Source: Thiotrichales bacterium
GTDB lineage: Bacteria; Pseudomonadota; Gammaproteobacteria; J044
DNA length: 44,320 nucleotides
Direction of reading: 5' to 3'
Assembly: GCA_024762895.1 (NCBI GenBank)
Contig: JANTGN010000001.1
Location: 1-44,320, forward strand
The number at the start of each line of letters is the position of its first letter. Positions within the stretch are counted from its first letter, which is position 1. This document shows positions 1 through 9,888 of the stretch, piece after piece. The notes under the pieces were generated by a model, which was given only the letters and a program-made list of their open reading frames with translations, ran no database searches and was not told the DNA's origin. The position numbers and the translations under genes were made by a program.

Positions 1-1436
1 CCCTTGCCACGTGGATAGCGTACGGCAGCCGGACCGTCATGCAGGAAGCCGGTGCTCAGCATCTGCCGACATTCTTTTTCATCGGCAGGGGCCATGACCA
101 GCATATTGGGTATACAGCGCAGATAGGTCAGATCAAAGCTACCGGCGTGGGTCGGTCCATCGGGACCTACCAGACCGGCACGGTCAATGGCAAACAGGAC
201 GGGCAGGTTCTGCAGGGCGACATCATGGATCAGCTGATCATAGGCGCGTTGCAGGAAGGTGGAATAGATCGCCACCACGGGTTTAATCTTTTCACAGGCC
301 ATCCCGGCGGCCAGGGTGACGGCATGCTGCTCGGCAATCGCCACGTCAAAATAGCGATCCGGATATTCCTGTGAGAAACGGACCAGACCGGAACCCTCGC
401 GCATGGCGGGGGTAATGCCCATCAGGCGATCATCGGCCTTGGCCATATCACACAGCCAGTCACCAAAGACCTGTGTATAGGTGGGTGAGCTGGGTTTTTT
501 TCCCTTGGCCAGACCGGCATCCAGGTCGAATTGACCGACGCCATGATAACCACAGGGGTCATCCTCTGCTTTCTCATAACCCTTGCCCTTGCGCGTCACG
601 ACATGCAGCAGACGAGGGCCCTTCAGTTGCTTGAGGTTTCCCAGGGTCTCAAGCAGCAGGTCCAGGTCATGGCCATCGATCGGGCCGTAATAGTGAAAGC
701 CCAGTTCCTCAAACAGGGTACCGGGGACCACCATGCCCTTCATGTGTTCTTCGGTGCGTTTGGCCAGCTCCCACATCGGGTCGGGCATATGTTTCAGGAC
801 CTTCTTGGAACTCTCTCGTACGTTGGAGTAGAAACGGCTTGAGAGGACACGGGTCAGGTAATTTGACATACCGCCCACATTTGGGGAGATGGACATGTCG
901 TTGTCGTTGAGGATAACGATGACATCGGCATCCATGCCACCGGCATGGTTGAGGGCCTCAAAGGCCATACCGGCGGTCATGGCGCCATCGCCGATCACGG
1001 CAATGGATTCACTCTTGAGTCCACGGGCCTGATCGGCAATGGACATGCCCAGGGCAGCACTGATCGAGGTGCTGGAGTGACCAACACCAAAGTCATCATA
1101 GGGGCTTTCTGCGCGCTTTGGGAAACCGGCCAGGCCATCTTTCATGCGCAGGGTCGGCATGTCCTCACGCCGTCCGGTCAGGATCTTGTGGGGGTAACTC
1201 TGGTGCCCGACATCCCAGACGATGTGGTCATGGGGGGTGTTGAAAATACGGTGCAGGGCAATGGTGAGTTCAACCGTACCCAGGTTGGAAGATAAATGGC
1301 CACCCGTGCTTGAGACCGAATCCAGTATGAACTGTCGTAATTCTACGGCAAGTTCATTCAGTTGTTCGGCCTCCAGTTGACGCAAATCCTCAGGTGAATC
1401 AATGCGTTGCAGTATGGGGTACTGTTTGGCGGTCAT
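1..1436 (-). CDS. dxs: 1-deoxy-D-xylulose-5-phosphate synthase, 5' part (runs off the left edge of the window)
   Basis: The minus-strand frame is open from the ATG at 1434-1436 to position 1. It is absent from the ORF track because it is truncated. My hand translation starts [36 protein letters not shown] and includes [19 protein letters not shown] (ThDP-binding motif) around 945-1000. It sits in the classic xseB-ispA-dxs order. The + strand ORFs at 39-374, 531-842 and 945-1295 are antisense shadows. Confidence 0.9.
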   Translation of the reverse strand, partial: MTAKQYPILQRIDSPEDLRQLEAEQLNELAVELRQFILDSVSSTGGHLSSNLGTVELTIALHRIFNTPHDHIVWDVGHQSYPHKILTGRREDMPTLRMKDGLAGFPKRAESPYDDFGVGHSSTSISAALGMSIADQARGLKSESIAVIGDGAMTAGMAFEALNHAGGMDADVIVILNDNDMSISPNVGGMSNYLTRVLSSRFYSNVRESSKKVLKHMPDPMWELAKRTEEHMKGMVVPGTLFEELGFHYYGPIDGHDLDLLLETLGNLKQLKGPRLLHVVTRKGKGYEKAEDDPCGYHGVGQFDLDAGLAKGKKPSSPTYTQVFGDWLCDMAKADDRLMGITPAMREGSGLVRFSQEYPDRYFDVAIAEQHAVTLAAGMACEKIKPVVAIYSTFLQRAYDQLIHDVALQNLPVLFAIDRAGLVGPDGPTHAGSFDLTYLRCIPNMLVMAPADEKECRQMLSTGFLHDGPAAVRYPRGK

Positions 1437-1524
1437 TGGGTAGAACTCTAATTAAACGCTGCATTATACATGCAGCATTAGGCCCCTGTCCTGTCATATC
1501 GCGTCAGGACAGGGGATTTTGTGA

Positions 1525-2448
1525 TCAATGTTTGCGATTGACGATGAAATCGGCCACGGCGCGTAGCAGGTCGGCCTCTTCCCCGATGTCAGACAGGGAG
1601 GCCATGGCATCATCATAGAGTATCTTGGCCTCTTCCTTGGAGGCCTCCATGCCAATAATGGCCGGATAGGTCGGTTTATTACGGGCCTCATCGGCACCCT
1701 GCATTTTACCCAGGGTTTCCGTATCACTCTCGATATCGAGGATGTCGTCCTGGATCTGAAACGCCAGGCCGATACACTTGGCAAAATGGTCCAGTCGCTC
1801 GAGTCGGTCAGCATCTATCTGGCCATCGGCCATCGCTCCCATCAATACCGAGGCACGGATCAGGGCACCGGTTTTGTGGATATGCATATTCTCGAGTTCG
1901 GTAATGTTGAGTTCCTTGCCCTCAGAGGCCAGGTCAATGGCCTGCCCCCCCGCCATACCACGAGAACCCGAGGCATGCGTCAGGGTTCTGATGATCTCGA
2001 GTCGCGTCTGTGGCGCATCGGTCATCCTGGGGTCGGTGGCCAGTATATGAAAGGCCAGGGCCTGCAGGGCATCACCGGCCAGGATGGCCGTGGCTTCGTC
2101 AAAGGCCTTGTGATTGGTGGGTTTACCACGACGCAGGTCATCATCGTCCATGGCTGGCAGATCGTCATGGATCAGGGAGTAGACATGGATGATCTCAACG
2201 GCAGCCGCCGGGCCATCCAGTTGCTCCTCACTGGCGCCCACGGCCTTGCCGGCGGCATAGACCAGCAGTGGACGTACCCGTTTGCCACCCTCAAGTACGG
2301 AGTAGCGCATCGATTCGTGCAGGCGTGTTGGGGAGAGTTCGCTGGCAGGCAGCCAGTGGTCGAGTACTTTTTCGATTCGATCCTGATAAGTCTTAAACTG
2401 TGCAGCAATATCAGACGATGTCATGTTCATCAAAATCCTGTTCTTCAC
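1525..2448 (-). CDS. ispA: farnesyl diphosphate synthase (geranyltranstransferase)
   Basis: 307 aa with both aspartate-rich motifs ([17 protein letters not shown] and FQIQDDILD). It lies between xseB and dxs. The true start may be the internal Met at 2430 or 2424, which would shorten the overlap with xseB. Confidence 0.9.
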   Translation of the reverse strand: MKNRILMNMTSSDIAAQFKTYQDRIEKVLDHWLPASELSPTRLHESMRYSVLEGGKRVRPLLVYAAGKAVGASEEQLDGPAAAVEIIHVYSLIHDDLPAMDDDDLRRGKPTNHKAFDEATAILAGDALQALAFHILATDPRMTDAPQTRLEIIRTLTHASGSRGMAGGQAIDLASEGKELNITELENMHIHKTGALIRASVLMGAMADGQIDADRLERLDHFAKCIGLAFQIQDDILDIESDTETLGKMQGADEARNKPTYPAIIGMEASKEEAKILYDDAMASLSDIGEEADLLRAVADFIVNRKH

Positions 2449-2650
2449 CCTTATCAGTGAGTAGATTAACTTTTTGCTCCGCTTCCTTGAGTTCCTTCTG
2501 GCAACTGCGTGTCAGGGCCACGCCGCGTTCGAATTCCTTGAGAGACTCTTCGAGGGGAAGATCGCCCTTTTCCAGTTTAGTGACCAGGGCCTCAAGTTCT
2601 TCCAGGGCGGATTCGAAATCAAAACGGTCTTTGCCAGTTTTTTTACTCAT
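2411..2650 (-). CDS. xseB: exodeoxyribonuclease VII small subunit
   Basis: 79 aa helical protein ([43 protein letters not shown]), typical of XseB. It sits directly upstream of ispA. Confidence 0.85.
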   Translation of the reverse strand: MSKKTGKDRFDFESALEELEALVTKLEKGDLPLEESLKEFERGVALTRSCQKELKEAEQKVNLLTDKGEEQDFDEHDIV

Positions 2651-2780
2651 GGTCTCTTACCTCGAAGGTGATCAAAAAAGAAGCGAGCTGGTACATGGCT
2701 TATTTTTCGGCGTACACAGTACTGGCTATGTCCAGAGACGTCAATTCTATTGCCGTCAGGGAATCCGGGCGTTGATGAAT

Positions 2781-4733
2781 TCAGGACATCCAGCTGATAA
2801 CACGGTTGCGGCCCTGGTGCTTGGCCTCATACAGGGCCTCGTCGGCATGGCTCAGAGCGATCTCTATGCCCTCGGAAGTGACCTCGGCAATGCCGATGCT
2901 GACGGTGAGGGGAATTCGTGTGCCAGCATAGGCGACAGGGTTGTTCTCAAGCATGGTTCGTATGCGATCGGCGACCAGCTCCGCGTCTTCAAGGTCGGTG
3001 TCGGGCATCAGGATGGCAAACTCCTCACCGCCCATGCGTCCGAGTATGTCACCCTCGCGCAGATTCTTGCGGCACTGGTTGACGAAGTGGATCAGTGCAT
3101 CATCACCGGCCTGATGGCCCCAGTTATCGTTAATCCGTTTGAAGTAATCGAGGTCGAGCATCAACAGGCAACTGACCCTGCGGTTACGTTGATTACGGGT
3201 GAATTCCTTATTGGCCAGTTCAATGAACATGCGGTGGTTATAGCACCCTGTTAACGGATCGGTGATGGCCAGCGTCTCCAGTTTGCTCTGGAAGGTCTTG
3301 ATTTTGCTGATATCAATGAGGATGCCTCGTTCACCCTTGACGATGTTTCCTTCTTCGATGGGGGAAGTCCTGAGCAGGGCAGGGAAGGTCGTTCCATCAC
3401 TGCACTGAACCTTGTATTCGACATTTCTATTTTCGGGCAATAGTGAGCTGGGAAGAGGGGATACGGTCTCGACGCGGTAGTAAAGGTCTTTCTGGTAGAT
3501 ACCGTGCTCCAGGCTGGAGCGTGAGTAGCCCAGCCGTGTCAGACCAGTCAGGTTCATAAAGGTAATGCGGCCATTGCCATTGCTCTCAAAAATAATCTCT
3601 GGGAGGAGGTCGGTCATTTCACGAAACCGTTGTTCACTTTTATGCAGGGCTCGGTGGGTGCGTCGATTGTATTCCACCAGGATGATCGACATACCCAGCA
3701 GTATCAGCAGAATGAATTCCGTTTTCATGTTGAAGAGGACATTCCATTTCAGGCTGCTTTCGTCAATAAAGGCCACGAGGTTCCAGGGCGCGGCCTTGAG
3801 GGAATGATTCAGAATGATCTGTCCCTTAAGCTTTGAGGTCCCGCTGCGATCCAGCACCGTGTTGACATCGGTTTCATCTAATCCTGCTGGCAGGATGTCG
3901 TGCACATAAATGATTTGGTTATCAGTGTTTTCAGTACTTCCGGCCTGGGCCAGGACCTGTTGCTGCCCATTGCTGATCATCAGGTTGGTTTTCGCCGGAT
4001 GGAGTTTCAACAGGTATTCCCTGAGGTTTTTCAGGGTCAGGTCTATCGCAACGATGCCCTGAAACTCATCGTTGACATAGACCGGGGCCCCCAGTGTCAC
4101 CATCTGTCCCTGGCCATATTCATCCAGGTAGGTGTCGGTCCAGTACAAACGGCGACTCGGATTTTTTTCCGGTGTGCCGAGCTGGTAAAAAGGCAGGTCA
4201 TAGAAAGTGGGAGAGAAGTGAAACTCTGTCGGGTCAGTCCACGGGGCAGCCAGTACAAACTGCCGCTTGGACAGGTAATACACCCAGGTGGCATCGGGAA
4301 TGTCTCTACGGGTGTCCGCCAGTAATGGGGCGGCCGTCAGGGCGGTGAGAAAGTCACGCAGCAGGTCGGGGTCCCGGGTATCAAAATGGCCAGCTCCGGT
4401 CAGGTGTTCTTTGTAGGGACCTTCATCCGTCGGTACGACGAGGTCGACTGAAAAGCCATTCCACTCCTCATGGTAGTGCATCTGGGGCAGGCCGGTGCCA
4501 TAGGGAGCAGAGGCGTTCGATAAGGAGGCCCTCATCAACAGTACATGATGCTCGGTCATCGAGAGCATCTGGTCTATATGTAGTGCGGTTTGCAGGAACT
4601 GGAACTCAAGAGACTTGAGTTGTTGCTCAAAGCGTTCCTGAAAAAACAGGGTAATAATTAGTGTTGCCGTCAGCAGTATTAACCCATAAAGCGGGTAAAG
4701 CATACGGTAGGATCGATGTCTCTTTGGCGGCAC
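2781..4733 (-). CDS. membrane sensor diguanylate cyclase (TM - Cache-like periplasmic domain - TM - PAS - GGDEF)
   Basis: 650 aa. There is an N-terminal TM segment (LYPLYGLILLTATLIITLFF), a periplasmic region of about 300 aa with Cache-like features, and a second TM segment (FILLILLGMSIILVEY). These are followed by a PAS-like region and a GGDEF domain with active-site GGEEF and an RxxD I-site (REGD) 5 residues upstream. Confidence 0.85.
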   Translation of the reverse strand: MPPKRHRSYRMLYPLYGLILLTATLIITLFFQERFEQQLKSLEFQFLQTALHIDQMLSMTEHHVLLMRASLSNASAPYGTGLPQMHYHEEWNGFSVDLVVPTDEGPYKEHLTGAGHFDTRDPDLLRDFLTALTAAPLLADTRRDIPDATWVYYLSKRQFVLAAPWTDPTEFHFSPTFYDLPFYQLGTPEKNPSRRLYWTDTYLDEYGQGQMVTLGAPVYVNDEFQGIVAIDLTLKNLREYLLKLHPAKTNLMISNGQQQVLAQAGSTENTDNQIIYVHDILPAGLDETDVNTVLDRSGTSKLKGQIILNHSLKAAPWNLVAFIDESSLKWNVLFNMKTEFILLILLGMSIILVEYNRRTHRALHKSEQRFREMTDLLPEIIFESNGNGRITFMNLTGLTRLGYSRSSLEHGIYQKDLYYRVETVSPLPSSLLPENRNVEYKVQCSDGTTFPALLRTSPIEEGNIVKGERGILIDISKIKTFQSKLETLAITDPLTGCYNHRMFIELANKEFTRNQRNRRVSCLLMLDLDYFKRINDNWGHQAGDDALIHFVNQCRKNLREGDILGRMGGEEFAILMPDTDLEDAELVADRIRTMLENNPVAYAGTRIPLTVSIGIAEVTSEGIEIALSHADEALYEAKHQGRNRVISWMS

Positions 4734-4814
4734 GATGTTTTAGTTAATTCTTATCAATTGTGATTATTTTCCTATTGGGACAACGCTACCGGCTTGAATC
4801 GTATCAGTCAATTA

Positions 4815-6086
4815 TCAGGTGATCAGAAACAGGCTCAGGGCTGGCCAGTAGGTAATCACCAGGACGGCAAACAGGAGGATAAAGAAAAACGGCAGGCTGG
4901 CCAGATAGAGCTCCATGACCGGTTTATTGAAGCGATGACTGGCTATAAACAGATTCATACCCACGGGAGGGGTGAAATAACCCAGCTGCATATTGGCCAG
5001 GAAGATCAGACCCAGATGCACGGGATGAATCCCATATCCTGCAGCGATGGGCAGTATGATAGGGATAATAATGACCAGGGCGGAAAAGATGTCCAGCATC
5101 ATGCCCAGGACCAGCAGAAACAGGTTGAGCAGTATCAGGAAGGTCCACTTGTTATCGATATGGGCGCGTATGGTATCGAATAGCTGGCTGGGTATTTCGG
5201 CATCGACGAGATAGTTGGTCGAGGCCAGCGAGACACCAAGGATAATGATAATGGCGCCAACCAGCATCATGGATTCACGAATGATACGGGGTAATTCCCG
5301 AAGTGGGATCTCCCTTTTAATAAATACCTCCACGATGAGGACATAGACGGCCGTCACCGCGGCGGCCTCCGATACGACGACATAACCCCCGTAGATGCCG
5401 CCTAATATCAGAATTGGCAGAGGGATCTCCCAGGCGGCGTCCTTGATGGCGGCCAGTATCTCCTGTCGGTCGACCTTCACCCTCGTATGCTGGGGCGGCT
5501 GGTTCCAGATGCTCCAGGCAGACAGCATGGCCAGCATCAGCATACCGGGCAGGATGCCGGCCAGGAACAGGTCATCAATACTAACGGGGGTATCCAGTGA
5601 GACCTGTTGGGCAACGACGCCATAGAGAATGAGGGGTAACGAGGGGGCAAAAAGCAGACCCAGGCTACCCGAGGTGGTGATCAGCCCCAGATTGAAGCGT
5701 TCGGCATACCCGGCATGTTTCAGGGCCGGATAGAGCAGGGCGCCCAGTGCGACGATCGTGACACCCGAGGCACCCGTGAAGGCCGTGAACAGGGCACAGG
5801 CGATGAGTGAAACGATGGCCAGCCCCCCGGGCACCCAGCCCAGCAGGGCATTGGTCATACGCACGAGTCGGCCCGGGGCCTGGCTTTCACCCAGCACATA
5901 GCCGGCAAAGGTGAACAGGGGAATGGCCAGGAGTACGGGCATATCGGCCAGGCGATAGATCTCAATCGCCACGACCTGCAGGTCGATCTCGGCATTATGA
6001 AATCCCCACAGGGCGCTGCTGCCGATGATGCTGAACAGGGGGGCACCTAATAAGGCCAGCAGGATCAGGAGGACGACAAAGATCAC
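4815..6086 (-). CDS. dctM: TRAP transporter large permease subunit (DctM family)
   Basis: 423 aa polytopic membrane protein with typical DctM sequence character. It overlaps the upstream small-permease gene by 4 nt. Confidence 0.9.
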   Translation of the reverse strand: MIFVVLLILLALLGAPLFSIIGSSALWGFHNAEIDLQVVAIEIYRLADMPVLLAIPLFTFAGYVLGESQAPGRLVRMTNALLGWVPGGLAIVSLIACALFTAFTGASGVTIVALGALLYPALKHAGYAERFNLGLITTSGSLGLLFAPSLPLILYGVVAQQVSLDTPVSIDDLFLAGILPGMLMLAMLSAWSIWNQPPQHTRVKVDRQEILAAIKDAAWEIPLPILILGGIYGGYVVVSEAAAVTAVYVLIVEVFIKREIPLRELPRIIRESMMLVGAIIIILGVSLASTNYLVDAEIPSQLFDTIRAHIDNKWTFLILLNLFLLVLGMMLDIFSALVIIIPIILPIAAGYGIHPVHLGLIFLANMQLGYFTPPVGMNLFIASHRFNKPVMELYLASLPFFFILLFAVLVITYWPALSLFLIT

Positions 6087-6595
6087 GTCACCTCCCCACG
6101 GATCAGCCAGTAGATACCGGATACCACCTCGCAGAGATAGCGCAGGGCGATGACACCGAATCCCAGGGGGATGACGGCCTCCAGTAGCCAGGCGGGGATA
6201 TTGGCAAAGGCCTGATCACCCATGCCCCATTCATCGATGACAAACCATAAGGCATGCCAGGCAATGAGGCCGGAGACACTCGCAGCAAACAGCCGGGTGA
6301 TGATCTGGCTGATGGCCTTTTGCCGGGGAGTCAGGAGGCGTGTCAGCACATCGATACTGATCTGTTTGTTTTCACGGGTCGCCACCAGTGCACCCAGCAA
6401 TCCAATCCAGAGCACCAGCACCCTGAGCAGGGGGTCGATCCAGATGAATCCGGTGTCAAAGATGTTACGTAGAACGATCTGGCCAAAGGCCAGGAAGACC
6501 ATACTGAGTAAAATGAACACCAGCAGACCATCTTCGATTCGGTGTAAAAACCGAATGGGGCGGCACACCGATCGCCTGTGGGGTTCGGTTTCCAC
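6083..6595 (-). CDS. dctQ: TRAP transporter small permease subunit (DctQ family)
   Basis: 170 aa protein with four predicted TM segments, located between the DctP and DctM genes and translationally coupled to dctM. Confidence 0.8.
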   Translation of the reverse strand: METEPHRRSVCRPIRFLHRIEDGLLVFILLSMVFLAFGQIVLRNIFDTGFIWIDPLLRVLVLWIGLLGALVATRENKQISIDVLTRLLTPRQKAISQIITRLFAASVSGLIAWHALWFVIDEWGMGDQAFANIPAWLLEAVIPLGFGVIALRYLCEVVSGIYWLIRGEVT

Positions 6596-6597
6596 TA

Positions 6598-7611
6598 TCA
6601 GGGCTGGGGCCTGGCCTGTTGTTGCTTAAAATCAGCCAGCATGGTCTTAACTTTCTGATACATTCCGGGGCTGGCGGCCACCTTACCGGATTCCCTGATG
6701 GTCTCGTCGGCCAGCTTTTTCCAGGTCTTTAATTCATCGCTTTCAGGCTGGACAAATTCGATACCCTGGTTTTTCATGGCCGCAATGGCCTTGAGGTTGT
6801 CTTCGCGATTCAATTTGTCCATGCGTTTGAATACGCCGCTCATCACTTCCATGACGATCTTCTGGTCGGCACTGTTAATCCGTTTGAAACGTTTTTTATC
6901 GACCACCAGTACGCCGATAAGATAACCCAGGGGCACCTCCGTCACTGCCCCCAGGCGTGTATGCCATTGAAAGGCCAGTGCACCCATGGGGGTTCCACCC
7001 ACGGTATCGATGAGACCTGTCTGCAGGCCCGTATAAACATCGGCCAGGGGCAGGGGAATAGGATTGACACCCATCTTGTTGAACAGGGCATCACTGAGTA
7101 CATCATCCTCGGGTACCCAGACCTTATGCGACTGAAGATCGGTCATGCTTCTTATTGCCTCGCTGGACATCATATAGGCGAAACCGCCTTCCGAGATGCC
7201 TAGGCAAACATAACCTCTATCGTCCAGTCCCTGTTTCAGTATGGGGTCGATCTGGGGCCTGACATGATCGATCTCTGCATAGTTACTGAATAACATGGGC
7301 AGGGTATAGATCTGCATGTCGGGGTACAGGGCACTTAATTCACCGCCCGTCATGGCGCCACCGTGTAACTGGCCGAGGCGGATCTTTTTCAGCACGCTTT
7401 TATAATTACCCATCACGCCACCGGGATAAAATTTCAGCTTGACGCGACCGGCTGTTTTTTCATTAATCTGTTTGGCCCCGGCACGCATCTCCTTCATCCA
7501 GGTCGTACCATCGGGTGCAATGGTGGCGATCTTGAGAGTCATGGCCTGGACGCCGGGACTCATGAGTAGAAAGAGGGCAATGATCAGTAGTGTTGGGCGA
7601 TAATTGATCAT
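6598..7611 (-). CDS. dctP: TRAP transporter periplasmic substrate-binding protein (DctP family)
   Basis: 337 aa with a signal peptide (LLIIALFLLMSPGVQA) and DctP-like sequence. It is the second gene of the four-gene cluster, directly upstream of dctQ. Confidence 0.85.
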   Translation of the reverse strand: MINYRPTLLIIALFLLMSPGVQAMTLKIATIAPDGTTWMKEMRAGAKQINEKTAGRVKLKFYPGGVMGNYKSVLKKIRLGQLHGGAMTGGELSALYPDMQIYTLPMLFSNYAEIDHVRPQIDPILKQGLDDRGYVCLGISEGGFAYMMSSEAIRSMTDLQSHKVWVPEDDVLSDALFNKMGVNPIPLPLADVYTGLQTGLIDTVGGTPMGALAFQWHTRLGAVTEVPLGYLIGVLVVDKKRFKRINSADQKIVMEVMSGVFKRMDKLNREDNLKAIAAMKNQGIEFVQPESDELKTWKKLADETIRESGKVAASPGMYQKVKTMLADFKQQQARPQP

Positions 7612-7631
7612 GGTTATCGGTTCTCAAATAA

Positions 7632-8480
7632 TCAGAAGAAGTCGGGGGATTCGGCCAATAAAGTCCTGGCCTTTTCCTGTGCCAGTGTATTGATCAGGGT
7701 CTTGCCGGGAATGTCGGCAGATGATTCTATGACCTCCCGAAGCAACTGGTCGTGCAGTGCCTGGTTAAATGTAATACGCGCATAGTACTGGGCATAGAGG
7801 GTCTTGGCCATGAGGTTTTTTCCTGCACTCAACTGGATCGCCTGTTCAAAGTGCTCCCTGGCCAGTTCCGGTTTACCACCCATGGCGGGCGGCATGAGGG
7901 CATTGAGAACGCCCAGGTAGAGGTGCGTGCCGCCCTCGTCATGTTCCGGGTCTATCTCAATGACTCTCTGCATCAGGGTCTTAACTCGTGGGATCTCGGC
8001 GATGGCATTCCAGTCATCGGTGCGGGCCTGTATCCAGCCGGCCAATGCCACCCCCCAGGGATAGACAACATCCAGGTCGGACTGCTGAATATTCTGGACT
8101 GTGAGTTCGAATTCCCTGAATGGAAGCTGGTCCAGGTTACAAAGACCGGGCCGCTTGATGCACAGGGCATGATGGGCGTATTGCAATGCCTTATCGGATA
8201 AGCGTCGAGCGCGTTCCGGATCATGGACAAAGGCCCCGCTATAGGCGCCATACAGACTGCTGCCCGCGACCAGAAGGCTGATATCGTCCGGCGCCCCCTC
8301 GATGAAACTGTCGATCATGATCAGGTAAGCCGGTGCGCCCTGGCGGACGGTCTCCAGATCATTCTGATTCATGATGGCGGTATTCAGATTTTCCGCCATG
8401 CCACGGGTGGCGGAACTCATCATGCTGCTGCACCCGCTCAGAAGTATCAGGCTTAGTAATGCGATAGACCAGCGGCTCAC
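7632..8480 (-). CDS. TatT-like TPR lipoprotein associated with the TRAP transporter (T-component family)
   Basis: 282 aa with a lipobox (LLSGCSS) and an all-helical TPR-like body. The C-terminal segment GGKPELAREHFEQAIQLSAGKNLMAKTLYAQYYARITFNQALHDQLLREVI matches my recollection of the TRAP T-component family. It lies 20 nt upstream of dctP on the same strand. Confidence 0.55.
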   Translation of the reverse strand: MSRWSIALLSLILLSGCSSMMSSATRGMAENLNTAIMNQNDLETVRQGAPAYLIMIDSFIEGAPDDISLLVAGSSLYGAYSGAFVHDPERARRLSDKALQYAHHALCIKRPGLCNLDQLPFREFELTVQNIQQSDLDVVYPWGVALAGWIQARTDDWNAIAEIPRVKTLMQRVIEIDPEHDEGGTHLYLGVLNALMPPAMGGKPELAREHFEQAIQLSAGKNLMAKTLYAQYYARITFNQALHDQLLREVIESSADIPGKTLINTLAQEKARTLLAESPDFF

Positions 8481-8538
8481 ACGAATTTCCTTACGCTTTC
8501 ACAGCTGCGAATTATAGCGGGTCTGTTTTTTATTTACC

Positions 8539-9888
8539 TTAGATATGCTCAAGTATCTCGGAGATTCTGGCGGCTGCAATCACCTGCATGCCTTCGGGTA
8601 TGTTTCTGGGTTTATTGGACTTGGGAATAATGGCGCGTTTAAAGCCCTGCTTGGCGGCCTCCTTGAGTCGTTCCTCACCATTGGGCACGGGTCGGATCTC
8701 ACCGGCCAGTCCGATCTCTCCAAAGGTCACCAGGTCACTGGGCAGGGAACGATCACGAAAACTGGACAGGACGGCCATGACCAGAGGCAGATCAGCGGCG
8801 GTCTCGGTAACACGTACGCCACCGACAATGTTCAGAAAGACATCCTGATCATACATGGCAATACCAGCATGCCGGTGAGTAACGGCAAGCAGCATGGCCA
8901 GACGGTTTTGTTCCAGCCCAACCGCTATCCTCCTTGGGTTGCCCAGATGGGATTCGGATACCAGGGCCTGCACCTCGACCAACAGTGGGCGTGTTCCTTC
9001 ACGGGTGACCATGATGACGCTGCCAGAGACGGGTTCTTCATGCCGGGAGAGAAAGATCGCCGAGGGGTTGTTGATTCCTTTCAGGCCCTCTTCAGTCATG
9101 GCAAATACACCCAGTTCATTGACTGCCCCAAAGCGGTTTTTAACCGCACGCAGGACCCGGTAACGGCCGCCTGGGTCACCCTCGAAATAAAGTACCGAGT
9201 CCACCATGTGTTCCAGGACCCTGGGGCCGGCCAGTGTTCCTTCTTTGGTGACATGGCCGACCAGGAACAGGGCAGTATTGGTTTGCTTGGCGAATCGAAC
9301 CAGTTGTGCCGCACTCTCACGAACCTGGCTGACGGAGCCCGGTGCGGATTGCAGTTGTTCCGTGAAGATGGTCTGAATCGAATCGATCACGATGAGTTTA
9401 GGTCTTTCGACCTCGGCCGTGGCCAGTATGCGTTCGACACAGGTCTCGGAGAGCAGGTTGAGTCCTTCCTGCGGCAATTGCAGGCGCTTGGCCCGTAAGG
9501 TGACCTGTTGCAGGGATTCCTCACCCGTGACATACAGTGGGTTCATGCCCGGCAGGTCACAGAGGGTCTGTAACAACAGGGTTGATTTGCCGATGCCCGG
9601 ATCGCCGCCCAGCAGCACCACGGAGCCATGAACCAGGCCACCGCCCAGCACCCGGTCCAGTTCATCGATTCCGGTGTTGCTTCTGGGATCGGCCTCAAGG
9701 GCGACTTCATTCATGGCCGTGACATGACTAGCCCCGGCATACCCCGCAAATCGAGGATTTTTCGTGGCTGTGGGCAGGGCAGCTTCTTCCAGGGTGTTCC
9801 AGGCGCCACAATCGGAACACTGCCCGTTCCATTTGGCATGGCTGGCACCACATTCAGAGCAGACGTACTGTACCTTCGTCTTGGCCAT
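8539..9888 (-). CDS. radA: DNA repair protein RadA (Sms)
   Basis: 449 aa with an N-terminal zinc finger (CSECGASHAKWNGQCSDCGAW), Walker A (GGDPGIGKST), the KNRFG motif and a Lon-protease-like C-terminal domain. Confidence 0.95.
   Translation of the reverse strand: MAKTKVQYVCSECGASHAKWNGQCSDCGAWNTLEEAALPTATKNPRFAGYAGASHVTAMNEVALEADPRSNTGIDELDRVLGGGLVHGSVVLLGGDPGIGKSTLLLQTLCDLPGMNPLYVTGEESLQQVTLRAKRLQLPQEGLNLLSETCVERILATAEVERPKLIVIDSIQTIFTEQLQSAPGSVSQVRESAAQLVRFAKQTNTALFLVGHVTKEGTLAGPRVLEHMVDSVLYFEGDPGGRYRVLRAVKNRFGAVNELGVFAMTEEGLKGINNPSAIFLSRHEEPVSGSVIMVTREGTRPLLVEVQALVSESHLGNPRRIAVGLEQNRLAMLLAVTHRHAGIAMYDQDVFLNIVGGVRVTETAADLPLVMAVLSSFRDRSLPSDLVTFGEIGLAGEIRPVPNGEERLKEAAKQGFKRAIIPKSNKPRNIPEGMQVIAAARISEILEHI

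Noticed and set aside
39-1295. Three + strand ORFs (39-374, 531-842, 945-1295) in the first 1.3 kb
   Set aside because: They lie antisense to an uninterrupted minus-strand frame that translates into an unmistakable Dxs N-terminal half. Their own translations are Gly/His/Gln-rich with no recognisable features.
8545-9498. 317-aa + strand ORF, the longest unassigned ORF in the track
   Set aside because: It lies entirely antisense to radA, whose motifs are intact on the other strand. Its composition is typical of a shadow ORF in moderately GC-rich coding DNA, and it has no start context or motif. The same reasoning applies to 1786-2460, 2400-3254, 21951-22406, 22328-22780, 24548-24970, 36058-36465, 36778-37272 and 37273-37842.
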